Assembly: GCA_965235115.1 (NCBI GenBank)
Contig: OZ249440.1
Location: forward strand, 33,854,001-33,918,000
DNA length: 64,000 nt
Source: Laetmonice hystrix
Taxonomy: Eukaryota
Direction of reading: 5' to 3'
The notes beneath the pieces were generated by a model. That model searched no databases and was not told the origin of the DNA. It worked only from the letters and a program-made list of their open reading frames with translations. Positions 1-11,390 of the stretch are shown here, piece after piece. Within the stretch, counting starts at the first letter, position 1; every line of letters begins with the position of its first letter. The position numbers and the translations under genes were made by a program.

Positions 1-113
1 TATACCGCATATTGTCTTTGAGTATGTGGCCTCCACGATTCTAGAAAAAATTCGTTCGCATCTTTACTTAAACCTAAGTGTTCAATCTTCTTCAAAAGAA
101 GAGTTGTACCACT
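1..113 (-). CDS. N-terminal part of DIRS tyrosine recombinase ORF (partial, runs off the window)
   Basis: Manual translation SGTTLLLKKIEHLGLSKDANEFFLESWRPHTQRQYAV matches the GLS-x-A-x-SWR-xx-T-xx-QY start of DIRS YR proteins and overlaps the end of pol. Confidence 0.75.
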
Positions 114-2251
114 AGCGGAATGTCCTGTAGTGTTTGTTCGTGGGTCAGACCTGTGTCTGACCGTATCAGATTGTCTGGAGCCGCTGGGATCCGTAAGGTG
201 TCTCTGGCCCGGGCACTGAGGACTGAGTACCAGGGTTGACCCGGCCAGTCTGGGGACACGATCACCGTCCTGACTCCCTCCAACGTGGCTTTCCGCACCG
301 TTTTGGAGAGGAGCCTGAAAGGTGGGAAAGCATAGATATAATGAAATCGTTTCCAGCACTCAGAGAAAGCGTCCACAAATTCTGCGTCCGGGTCTGGCCC
401 CCAACTAGCATATCTTGGAACTTGGTGGTTAACTCTGGAAGCGAATAAGTCAATCTTTGGAGTGCCCCATGAGTTGCAGATTAACTTAAAAATGCGTCTG
501 TTTAACATCCATTCGGTATTTTCCGAGAAATGTCTACTCTCATGGTCCGCATCCTTATTTTCCCTGCCTGGGATATGTGTTGCCAAGATATAAAAGCTTT
601 TTGCTTCGCACCATTCCCACAGTCTCCTAGTAGCAGTGTTACATTCCGTGGAACGCGTGCCCCCCTGGTGGTTAATATACGAAACCGCTGTAGTATTGTC
701 CGTCATAACCTTTATGTCTACATTATATCTTGATCGCATTAACGACTTTATTCCTAACTCTACTGCCGTTATTTCTAACACATTGATATGTTGTCCTGCC
801 TCAATCTGTGTCCACCGCCCACTAACTCTATTGCTGCCCATACATGCGCCCCAGCCCGACAGCGATGCGTCTGTCACAATCGTTAATTTCGGCGGTGAAA
901 CACGTATGTGTCGGGAAGCACTACTGACATTATGCACCCACCACAAGAGGTCGCTTCGCGCGGCTTTTGATAAGGTCATCTTGTCGTCAAACTGTTTCGC
1001 CCCAGAGTTTCTTAGGGCTAAGTTTTTCTCGATCTCTAAAATTTTTGTGTGTACCATCCCGTATTCTGTGGCTTTGCAGAGATCATTTAAGAATCCTATA
1101 ACTGATGCCACTTCCCTTATTGTGGCCCGTGGCTGTTTTAATAGCTCCCTGATGTGGCTCTGTGCCTTTAATACCTTATCCTCTGTGGGTGTGACCAACA
1201 TGTTCACTGAATCAAGTATGTATCCGAGAAATTTAATTCTCTATTGTGGTGTTAGGACAGACTTCCTCAAGTTAATTTTGAATCCCAGATTAATGAACTT
1301 ATCGGACAGAAACTGAACTCCTTCTATTACTCCCTCCTTAGTGGTTGACATAAGGAAAGAATCGTCAATGTACCCGAACCCCGTATGTCCTGCTTTCCTG
1401 AAGGAGGCAAAAACGGGTTTCAACACTTTAGTAAATATCCAGGGCGCCGAGGCTAAGCCAAAAGGGACAGCAGTGAACTTATACTGAACTCCTTTCCATA
1501 CGAAACACAAAAATTTTTGATCCTGCTCATGTACTGGGATTGTGAAATAAGCGTCTTGTAAGTCAATGGAGGCTAGCCAAGCCCCCGGAGTTATCATGTT
1601 AATCGCGACGTCTAAATTGTCCATTTTAAAATGTTCTGGTTTTACAAACTTATTAAGCTCTCTGAGGTTAATAATTAACCTGAATTTCCCACCCGGCTTG
1701 GGCCTGAGAAATATATTGGATAGGAAACAATCCTTCCGTTCGAAGTCTCTTACAATCACTCCCTTTTCTATTAAGGTGTTGACTTCAGAGTTAATTGCTT
1801 GTGCTTGTAACTTGTTTACTTTGTATTCTCTGGGAGTAGAGTTTTGTTCAGGCGGCGCACTGAATTGTAATCTGACTCCCGAAACACACTGAAGGACGAA
1901 GGCGTCCGACGTTAATTTTTCCCAATTTTTAAGGAAATTTGCTGTATTGCCTGCAAACTTGTTGGGAGGACAGGCGCTTACCTTGTCCTTACTTGGTGCG
2001 AGACTGTCCGCCTCGCTGAAAGGACGGCCTGCCCCTATACGAGTAGGTGTTGGGACGCCCCTCGTATCTGACAGGCGGGTTGCCCGTTCCTTGACCCGCA
2101 CTGAACCGAGATAGACCCCCACGGTCTCTCTGATAGAACGGTAGTCTTGGAGACGCACGCCTGGCCGGCGCCTTGCCCCTCCATGTCTTGTCCATCTGAC
2201 GTGTGATTCTTTCCGTCTCTGAGATGGTTTTAGAAAGTTCGGAAATATCAC
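92..2251 (-). pseudogene. DIRS pol (RT + RNase H + Dam-like methyltransferase) with one in-frame TAG at 1241-1243
   Basis: ORFs 1241..2251 and 92..1207 share a frame and read SVLTPQ*RIKFLGYILDS across the stop. RT motifs: IDLQDAY, PFGLASAP, YIDD. RNase H: TDASLSGWGA, HINVLE, TDNTTA, ADHESR. MTase-like: IDLFAS, YAFPPF. Confidence 0.9.
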
Positions 2252-3176
2252 CCAACAGCAGGGTGGGTGAAGGCTTGAACTTGTCCGAAGCCAAACTCTT
2301 GAAATCCTCCGGCAATCGGGATTTCAGAAGGTTGCGCCTTTTCTCTGTAATACCCTGTCTGAAGGCGTGGCCTAAACCACGCATGCAGTCCACTAAGTGA
2401 ATCATACCAGATTCCTTGTCTTCTTTATTGAAGTCATTCATCGCTCGGGCAAGTGCAGCCGCCACTGGAATAAGTTGCGTTTGAGTTGACATGAGGTGCT
2501 TTTCCACCATCTTCGTATCACTGGGGAGACGTTTCCAAATGCTCTCCGGAATTTCCGGGACCGACATCCAAACCGTGTTTGTGGGGCGCAGGTGTTTGCT
2601 TTTCAAAGCCTTGAATTCGTCGCTTGTGAGACCCGTCTCAAAGGCACTATTGATCAACACCGCTAAGTCTGGGTCCACCTCCTCCCCAGTCTGACTTGCT
2701 GGCTGTGTGTCCTGGTTGATTTTTTGGAAGAAGTTTAATTTTTCTCCCGGCGCCCCTGACGTTTCACTTTCAGACGCTCCTGCTGAGGCCGACACTTCAT
2801 CGAGCGCTCTCTCCCTGGGTCTCGTCCAGGACAGATAATCTTCCCAGTTCTCCTCTACGTCCTCCGACATATAGTCTTGGCCTTGCCCGTCTAAACGGTC
2901 ACATATATGCCCGAGTCCCGAGCCAACTTCATCGAGCTTTTTGACGAAGTTGCTTGTCATTTTTTCAAAATTAGCTGAAATGACTTCGCAGAGTTTTGAC
3001 ATGTCTGGCTGAGCTGTACTAGCAGGGGCGGCTGGTGTTGGTTCCGGCACAGCAGGCTGAGTTACTTTTGGGCCTACCCTGGACTTTTCATTTTCGTCAG
3101 TCGTCCTATCGCCCTCTGACTTATCCCCTCTACTCGACGTAGAGGTCCTGGTATGCTTCTTTTCTTTACCAGACAT
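1989..3176 (-). CDS. DIRS ORF1 (gag-like protein)
   Basis: Uninterrupted ORF (first ATG at 3176) upstream of and overlapping pol. Low-complexity N-terminus, KHLRPTNTVWMSVPEIPESIW core, R/G-rich C-terminus as in DIRS ORF1. Confidence 0.8.
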   Translation of the reverse strand: MSGKEKKHTRTSTSSRGDKSEGDRTTDENEKSRVGPKVTQPAVPEPTPAAPASTAQPDMSKLCEVISANFEKMTSNFVKKLDEVGSGLGHICDRLDGQGQDYMSEDVEENWEDYLSWTRPRERALDEVSASAGASESETSGAPGEKLNFFQKINQDTQPASQTGEEVDPDLAVLINSAFETGLTSDEFKALKSKHLRPTNTVWMSVPEIPESIWKRLPSDTKMVEKHLMSTQTQLIPVAAALARAMNDFNKEDKESGMIHLVDCMRGLGHAFRQGITEKRRNLLKSRLPEDFKSLASDKFKPSPTLLLGDISELSKTISETERITRQMDKTWRGKAPARRASPRLPFYQRDRGGLSRFSAGQGTGNPPVRYEGRPNTYSYRGRPSFQRGGQSRTK

Positions 3177-6100
3177 TATTTGCTGAGTAAGAAACGTGTC
3201 TTGTGAAACCGTGTAGTTCAGTTGTTGACTGACCGCTGCCGTGTCTCTGACTGAGAAACCGTACAGGTGGTACACCTCTCCCCGCGTTGTGGTGAGCTGA
3301 CCACAGGTCAGGGGTCACACACTAGTTTGACCCGGTCTGAGATCGGAACGGTGGCGAGTTGAGCACAGCCCAAGTTTCGTACACACCAACAGTCCAAATT
3401 TGGAACTGTCTTCTCGTCAGCACATAGGCCGAGCGACAAAGATTTTCTCCCAAACAACGGTGGTCAGTTGAACAAAGTCCAAATTTGCACACACCGACAG
3501 TTCAACATGTGAACTGTATTCTCGCCAACACAGAGGTTGACAGAGAACCACATAGCTCATAGGGGTTACTGAAACCTAGCCATCGCTCTCTAAGTACGTC
3601 TTCACCGGTCGAAAGGTAGAACACTAGTGCTGGTCGTTAACGTGGAATGCCTTCTCATCGGTACGCCACCTGGCGGTTCTGACCGAAGTATAATCAGTAA
3701 TTCTAATTAACGATTATTAGCTATACAGAAAGGGGGAGTATAATGCCTGGTAGTCGATAAATGACTCATGCATCGGCATTCACCCGGAAAATACAACAAA
3801 AAACTGATAGGTTTTAGCCATAGAGATACAAGTTAATCACTGCGAAATACTACAAATTGTTGTGAAGTCAATCATAGGTAAATATCAAATAATTTACGTT
3901 TTGGGAAATGGGGGTTCATCGGGTTTTGGCTGACTTCATCGGGAATGTCTGAGGTGTTGGCTGAGTGCTTGAGGGTAACGTCTAAGGACCAGGCAACCAT
4001 GTCATGGGGATGGGAAAGGGGCTGTTGGCTGAGTGGTTGGAGGTAATGTCAGAGAGACAGCCAGCCATATCATGGGGACTGGGAAGGGGGTGTTGGGTGA
4101 CTGGCTGGTGGTAATGTCAGGGAGACAGTCAGCCATGTCATGGGGACTGGGAAAGGGGTGTTGGGTGAGTGGCTGGGGTTAATGTCAGGGAGACAGTCAG
4201 CCATGTCATGGGGACTGGGAAGGGGGAAGTTGTTGGTTGAGTAGATAGAATTAATGTCTGAAGGACAGCCAGCCATATCATGGGGATTGGGAACGGAGGT
4301 GTCGGGTGACTGGCTGGGGCTGATGTCAGGGGGACAGTCAGCCATGTCATGGGGGTTGGGAAGGGGAGGTGTTTGCTGAATGTGTGGGGGGGGAAGCCAT
4401 ATCATGGGAACTGGGAAGGGGGGAAGGTGTTGGTTGAGTTGTTACAGGTAATGCCTGAAGGCCAGCCAGCCATATCATGGGGATTGGGAAGGGGTAAAGT
4501 GTTGGCTTAGTGGTTAGGAGTAATGTCTGAAGGTCAGCCAGCAATATTATGGGGGCTGGGAATTCGAGTCATCTTATCATCATTTATGATCGTTGTCATT
4601 CCCCGTGGGGCCCGGGAAACAATAGGCCCCATCCGTTTCATCACCCTATGGGAGTAAGTTTGGGGAAGGTGTTGATTGTGTGGTTAGAGGTAATATCTGA
4701 GGGCCAGACAGCCATAGTATGGGGATGGGGAAGGGGATAAGGTGTTGGCTGAGTGTTTGCAGGGAATGTCTCAGGACCGATCAGCCATGTCGGGAATTGG
4801 GAAGGGGGGTATTGGCTGAGTGGTTCGAGGTAATGTCAGAGAGCCAGTCGGCCTTATCATGGGGACTAGGCAGAGGGGTGTCGGGTGCCTGGATGAGGTA
4901 ATGTCCTGGGGAAAGTCAGCCATATCATGGGGGTTGGTATAGGGGGAGGTGTTGGCTGAGTGTTTGCAGGGAATGTCTGAGGAACAATAAGCCATGTCAG
5001 GGAACGGGAAGGGGGATGTTGGGTGGGTTGGAGGTGGTAGTATAGAAGAAGAACAACAAATACCTAAAAAAAAATCGCAAAAGAAAAATATCAAAAAAAA
5101 ATTTGTGGGTGATGGATGTCGTTGTACTAAGACATATCTGCTGGGTGTTTACATGAAGGCTAATCTGATGTCGCTTTACTGGGGCGTCACTGATGTGGGG
5201 TTGGAGGTGGTAGTATATAAGAAAAACGAAAAATACCTAAAAAAAAATCACAAAAGAAAAATATGAAAAAAAAGTTTGTGGGTGATGGATGTCGTCGTAC
5301 TAAGACACATTTGTTGGGTTTTTACATCAAGGCTAATCTGATGTCGCTTTACTGGGGCGTCACTGATGTGTGATTGGAGGCGGTAGTATAGAAGAAAAAC
5401 GAAAAACACCCAAAAAAATCGCAAAAGCAAAATGGACATGCAGATTGCACTAGCATTACGTTCCACGACATTGACCGATGTGCTCGGACGTGGTAACATT
5501 GGGTTTGAATCCATTGTTCAATCCGTTCTATCCTGCTCTGATAGGACGTGGATGGCATCAGGGCTTCTTCACTTTGTCGACCATCGGTAACGTCAGTAGT
5601 TGATCCGCCATGGCATGGAGGAGCATTTTCGTAAGTGTTGTCAGTATTATTAGTATAGCCATATCATTGAGGCTGGTTGCAAGTACATTTGGGACGAGAG
5701 GACTTGGTGTTAACATTAGGCATGATATACACGTCAAAATTGAAAGTACCAAGTAACAGTGAGAAAATAATAATTAGAGGTATACTCAGTAATTCTAATT
5801 AACGATTATTAGCTATAAAGAAAGGGGGAGTATAATGCCTGGTAGTCGATAAATGACTCATGCATCGGCATTCACCCGGAAAATACAACAAAAACTGATA
5901 GGTTTTAGCCATAGAGATACAAGTTAATCACTGCGAAATACTACAAATTGTCGTGAAGTCAATCATAGGTAAATATCAAATAATTTACGTTTTGGGAAAT
6001 GGGGGTTCATCGGGTTTTGGCTGAGTTCATCGGGAATGTCTGAGGAGTTGGCTGAGTGCTTGAGGGTAACGTCTAAGGACCAGGCAACCATGTCATGGGG

Positions 6101-8274
6101 ATGGGAAAGGGGCTGTTGGCTGAGTGGTTGGAGGTAATGTCAGAGAGACAGTCAGCCATATCATGGGGGTTGGGAAGGGGGGGGGGTGTTTGCTGAGTGT
6201 GTGGGGCAAGCCATATCATGGGAACTAGGAAGGGGGGGAGGTGTTGGTTGAGTAGTTAGAGGTAATGCCTGAAGGCCAGCCAGCCATATCATGGGGATTG
6301 GAAAGGGGGTGTTGGGTGACTGGCTGGGGGTAATGTCAGGGAGACAGTCAGCCATGTCATGGGGACTGGGAAGGGGGTGTTGGGTGACTGGCTGGGGGTA
6401 ATGTCAGGGAGACAGTCAGCCATGTCATGGGGACTGGGAAGGGGGTGTTGGGTGAGTGGCTGGGGGTAGTTTCAGGGAGACAGTCAGCCATGTCATGGGG
6501 ACTGGGAAGGGGGAAGTTGTTGGTTGAGTAGATAGAACTAATGTCTGAAGGACAGCCAGCCATATCATGGGGATTAGGAACGGAGGTGTCGGGTGACTGG
6601 CTGGGGCTAATGTTAGGGGGACAGTCAGCCATGTCATGGGGGTTGAGAAAGGGGGGGGGTGTTTGCTGAGTGTGTGGGGGGAAGCCATATCATGGGAACT
6701 GGGAAGGGGGGAAGGTGTTGGTTGAGTTGTTAGAGGTAATGCCTGAAGGCCAGCCAGCCATATCATGGGGATTGGGAAGGGGTAACGTGTTGGCTTAGTG
6801 GTTAGGAGTAATGTCTGAAGGTCAGCCAGCAATATTATGGGGGCTGGGAATTCGAGTCATCTTTTCATCATTTATGATCATTGTCATTCCCCGTGGGGCC
6901 CGGGAAACAATAGGCCCCATCCGTTTCATCACCCTATGGGAGTGAGTTTGGGGAAGGTGTTCATTGTGTGGTTAGAGGTAATATCTGAGGGCCAGACAGC
7001 CATAGTATGGGGATGGGGAAGGGGATAAGGTGTTGGCTGAGTGTTTGCAGGGAATGTCTCAGGACCGATCAGCCATGTCGGGAATTTGGAAGGGGGGTAT
7101 TGGCTGAGTGGTTCGAGGTAATGTCAGAGAGCCAGTCGGCCTTATCATGGGGACTGGGCAGAGGGGTGTCGGGTGACTGGATGAGGTAATGTCCTGGGGA
7201 AAGTCAGCCATATCATGGGGGTTGGGATAGGGGGAGGTGTTGGCTGAGTGTTTGCAGGGAATGTCTGAGGAACAATAAGCCATGTCAGGGAACGGGAAGG
7301 GGGATGTTGGGTGGGTTGGAGGTGGTAGTATAGAAGAAGAACAACAAATACCTAAAAAAAATCGCAAAAGAAAAATATCAAAAAAAATTTGTGGGTGATG
7401 GATGTCGTTGTACTAAGACATATCTGCTGGGTGTTTACATGAAGGCTAATCTGATGTCGCTTTACTGGGGCGTCACTGATGTTGGGTTGGAGGTGGTAGT
7501 ATATAAGAAAAACGAAAAATACCTAAAAAAAAATCACAAAAGAAAAATATGAAAAAAAAGTTTGTGGGTGATGGATGTCGTCGTACTAAGACACATTTGT
7601 TGGGTTTTTACATCAAGGCTAATCTGATGTCGCTTTACTGGGGCGTCACTGATGTGTGATTGGAGGCGGTAGTATAGAAGAAAAACGAAAAACACCCAAA
7701 AAAATCGCAAAAGCAAAATGGACATGCAGATTGCACTAGCATTACGTTCCACGACATTGACCGATGTGCTCGGACGTGGTAACATTGGGTTTGAATCCAT
7801 TGTTCAATCCGTTCTATCCTGCTCTGATAGGACGTGGATGGCATCAGGGCTTCTTCACTTTGTCGACCATCGGTAACGTCAGTAGTTGATCCGTCATGGC
7901 ATGGAGGAGCATTTTCGTAAGTGTTGTCAGTATTATTCGTATGGCCATATCATTGAGGCTGGTTGCAAGTACATTTGGGACGAGAGGACTTGGTGTTAAC
8001 ATTAGGCATGATATACAAGTCAAAATTGAAAGTACCAAGTAACAGTGAGTAAATAATAATTAGAGGTATACTCAGTAATTCTAATTAACAACTAGAAATT
8101 GTTCAGTCCGAACAGGACGTCTCCCCTTTTTTAAAGTAATGACATCATATAATTTTTGAGAGAGGACTAATTAGTATGAAAGTAATGTGTTGCAAAAGCA
8201 ATGATATAGCTATGGCAGATTTTCTATGCGAAAGAAAAGATTAACTAGTTGCGAGGTGCCCAGGGCACAGGTAT

Positions 8275-8975
8275 CCCATTCACCAGTCAATGGTGTTAAA
8301 ATCGGAAATTAGGTCAACTTGGCCGCCATCTTGGATTTTTCAAATTCTGTTCAAATGGGTCAAGTTTTCCATCCTAACCCCAATGGTGAAAACCAGACGT
8401 TGATATCTTTAACCGTTTTAGAGATATCACTGATTTTGGGTTGAAAATGACCTAAAAGGGCCAACTTTGAAGAGCCATAACTTGGAAACTATTGATTTTA
8501 GGGGAGCCATCTCGGTGTCAGAGACAGCTGACCTATTACCCAATCCAATGGTGTTAAAATCGGAAATTAGGTCAACTTGGCCGCCATCTTGGATTTTTCA
8601 AATTCAGGGAAAATGGCTCAAGGTTTTCATCCCAAACCCAATGGTCAAAACCAGACATTGATATCTTTAACCGTTTTCGAGGTATCACTGATGTTTGGTT
8701 GAAAATAACCTAAAAGGGCCAACTTTGAGGGGCCATAAGATGGAAACTATCGAATTTAGGGGAGCCATCTCGGTGTCAGAGATAGTGGACCTATTACCCA
8801 ATCCAATGGTGCTGAAATTGGAAATTAGGTCAACTTGGCCGCCATCTTGGATTTTTCAAATTCGCTGAGGATGGGTCAAGTTTTTTATGCTAAACCCAAA
8901 GGTGAAACCCAGACATTGATATCTTTAACCGTTTTCGAGATATCACTGATCTTTGGTTGAAAATTACCTAAAAAG
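8275..8975. repeat. ~258 bp tandem repeat x~2.7 inside the HINE
   Basis: CAATGGTG…GGAAATTAGGTCAACTTGGCCGCCATCTTGGATTTTTCAAATT recurs at ~8288, 8546, 8804. Confidence 0.9.
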
Positions 8976-8989
8976 GGTCATTAAGCCAG

Positions 8990-9997
8990 ATGGGGTCACG
9001 TGACAGCATTTAAATTGACGTAAATTGAAAACTCATATATGATTTTCCATATGAGTTTAATAGGAACCATGGACCCATCTGGCTCTGTTTCTAAGTTACA
9101 GCCATCTTAAAATACCAATGACGTCATAGGGCAACGTAGGGTCACGTGACCTAACTAAAAATGGTGTCATTTGAAAGGCCATATATGACTTCCTATGGGT
9201 ATCACTATAGTACGTATGGGCCTATCTGGCTCTTTTTCCAAGTTACTGCCAGCTGAAAACACTGATGACGTCATACAGCCATATATGGTCACATGACCTA
9301 ATTAAAAATGGTGTCATTTGAAAGGCCATATATGACTTCCTATCTGTCTACAATAGTAACTATGGGCCTATCTGGCTCTGTTTCCAAGTTATTGCTAATT
9401 GAAAATACCGATGATGTCATGGAGTCACGTAGGGTCACGTGACCTAATTAAAAATTGTGTCATTTTAAAGGCCATAATGACTTCCTATCTGTCTTCAATA
9501 GTAACTATGGGCCTATCTGGCTCTATTTCCAAGTTACTGCTAATTGAAAATACTGATGACGTCATAGAGTCACGTAGGGTCACGTGACGTAATTAAAAAT
9601 GGTGTCATTTTAAAGGCCATATATGACTTCCTATCTGTCTACAATAGTAACTATGGGCCTATCTGGCTCTGTTTCCAAGTTATTGCTAATTGAAAATACC
9701 GATGATGTCATAGAGTCACGTAGGGTCACGTGACCTAATTAAAAATTGTGTCATTTTAAAGGCCATAATGACTTCCTATCTGTCTTCAATAGTAACTATG
9801 GGCCTATCTGGCTCTATTTCCAAGTTACTGCTAATTGAAAATACTGATGACGTCATAGAGTCACGTAGGGTCACGTGACCTAATTAAAAATGGTGTCATT
9901 TTAAAGGCCATATATGACTCCTATCTGTCTTCAATAGTAACTATGGGCCTATCTGGCTCTATTGCCAAGTTACTGCTAGCTGAAAATACCGATGACG
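8990..9997. repeat. ~146 bp tandem repeat x~7 inside the HINE
   Basis: GGTCACGTGAC-type anchor at ~8993, 9139, 9287, 9432, 9577, 9723, 9868. Confidence 0.92.
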
Positions 9998-10133
9998 ATA
10001 AGGTATGTATGTATGTGGGTAGGGGTGTGGGTGTGTGTGTGCGATGTGCTGGCTGTGGTAAAGGAGTTGGTGGTTGTTGGTGGAGCGTGGAAGTGTTATG
10101 TAACTCAGTTGTGGGATCTGCGGTGGTGGGGTA

Positions 10134-10367
10134 TGGAAATACCGGCGACGACATGCGAGATGCGAGAAGCGACATGGAACCGAACAGTGTCAATTTAGCA
10201 CATAGAATGTTTCTTATTGACACCGACATCACGATCCACTGCTCAATTAGTGCCTATTTAACAATAATTTTGGTGCTAAAGTGAAAACTAACACTAACCG
10301 TAGGCCTAACCTTTACCCTAACCCAAACACACTGTCTCGGATCTCGCATGTCGTCGCCGGTATTCCA
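10134..10367. mobile_element. Small MITE with ~28 bp TIRs, TA flanks and an internal CCCTAA-like tract
   Basis: TGGA(A)ATACCGGCGACGACATGCGAGAT … ATCTCGCATGTCGTCGCCGGTATTCCA, with TA on both sides. Confidence 0.8.
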
Positions 10368-11342
10368 TAGGTGGGGGACGGGCGGCCGGCCCGTGTAGGG
10401 GTTTGGTGGGGAGTTACCACGGCTGAGAAGGACGCCTGACTGGGGATTGGCGGGAGTTGCCAGGGACAACGGCTGAGAACAGGCGCACAGGCCAGTGACT
10501 GGGAGCGGGCCCGCTGGAGAATTTTCTTTCCCACGCTAGTTCTGGATACTCATTAGCATACAGCCAATCAGAAACAAGTTGTTTACGCGCTGTGTAAGCC
10601 GCATAAGTCGGAAACTATTAACTGTAGAGAAAAACACTTAATGTAGCGGTTGTAGGCAAAGACCTGGAGATTCTTCTCCACCAAGTTTCATAAAGATACG
10701 GTCAGGGGTTTGGGATATATAAAAGGCTTCTCTAAGGTTGGCACGGTACTGAGGTCAAAGGTCATGAAGTGCTAAAAATAGCAAAATCCCGAGAAAATAT
10801 CCACAGTTGTCTTTTCCCCAAATTAGGACTTTCTAGCCCCGGTAGTTTTTGAGCTGACGTCAAGTAAGCGCCCAACCACTTCGAAAATGTTGAAGGTCAC
10901 ACAGAGGTCATCTGGGGTCACAGGAACGTGTCCTCCGGGAAATCTAAATTTGGCACATAGATGACCCTGCTGACCAAATTTGATGTTATTCCAGCCAGTA
11001 TTTTCCGAGTTATGGCTTTGGCAAAAAAATGGCACGTGCCATTTTTTTTAGATCAGCCGCCATCTTGAAAGTTCTGGGTCAACCAAACTGGTTTTCGAAC
11101 TTGTCCAAGCCCCGGATGAAAGAAGGCCGACATACCAATTTTGGATCGATTCAGGCTATTTTTCTCGCGTTATCGTGATCACAGCACAAGTTGGCACATT
11201 CGTGCCACAGAAGAGGTCAAAGGTCAAATGGCACTATAAGTAGAAACAAAGATTTTTCAGAAGATTCTGTCGGGCCATTTCAAATTTGATAACTCCCTCT
11301 CTAACAGTGGCCGAGTTATTCCAAAAAGAAGAAAATAAAAGA

Positions 11343-11346
11343 AACA

Positions 11347-11389
<43 letters not shown>

Positions 11390-11390
11390 C
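11343..11390 (+). repeat. (GAAA)n/(GA)n microsatellite near the HINE terminus
   Basis: Read directly. Confidence 0.9.

Larger units (their letters stand above)
1..3690 (-). mobile_element. DIRS-type tyrosine-recombinase retrotransposon, 3' part outside the window
   Basis: Minus-strand order gag, RT, RNase H, adenine-MTase-like, YR with overlapping frames. The 5' boundary is approximate, placed where the macro-repeat sequence TCAGTAATTCTAATTAAC resumes at ~3695. Confidence 0.92.

Noticed and set aside
636..2694. Plus-strand ORFs such as 636..1316 and 1566..1892
   Set aside because: Antisense shadows of DIRS pol and gag.
8990..9997. CRISPR-like regular repeats (also 22200-22360)
   Set aside because: Whole units repeat with no unique spacers, there are no cas genes, and the context is eukaryotic.
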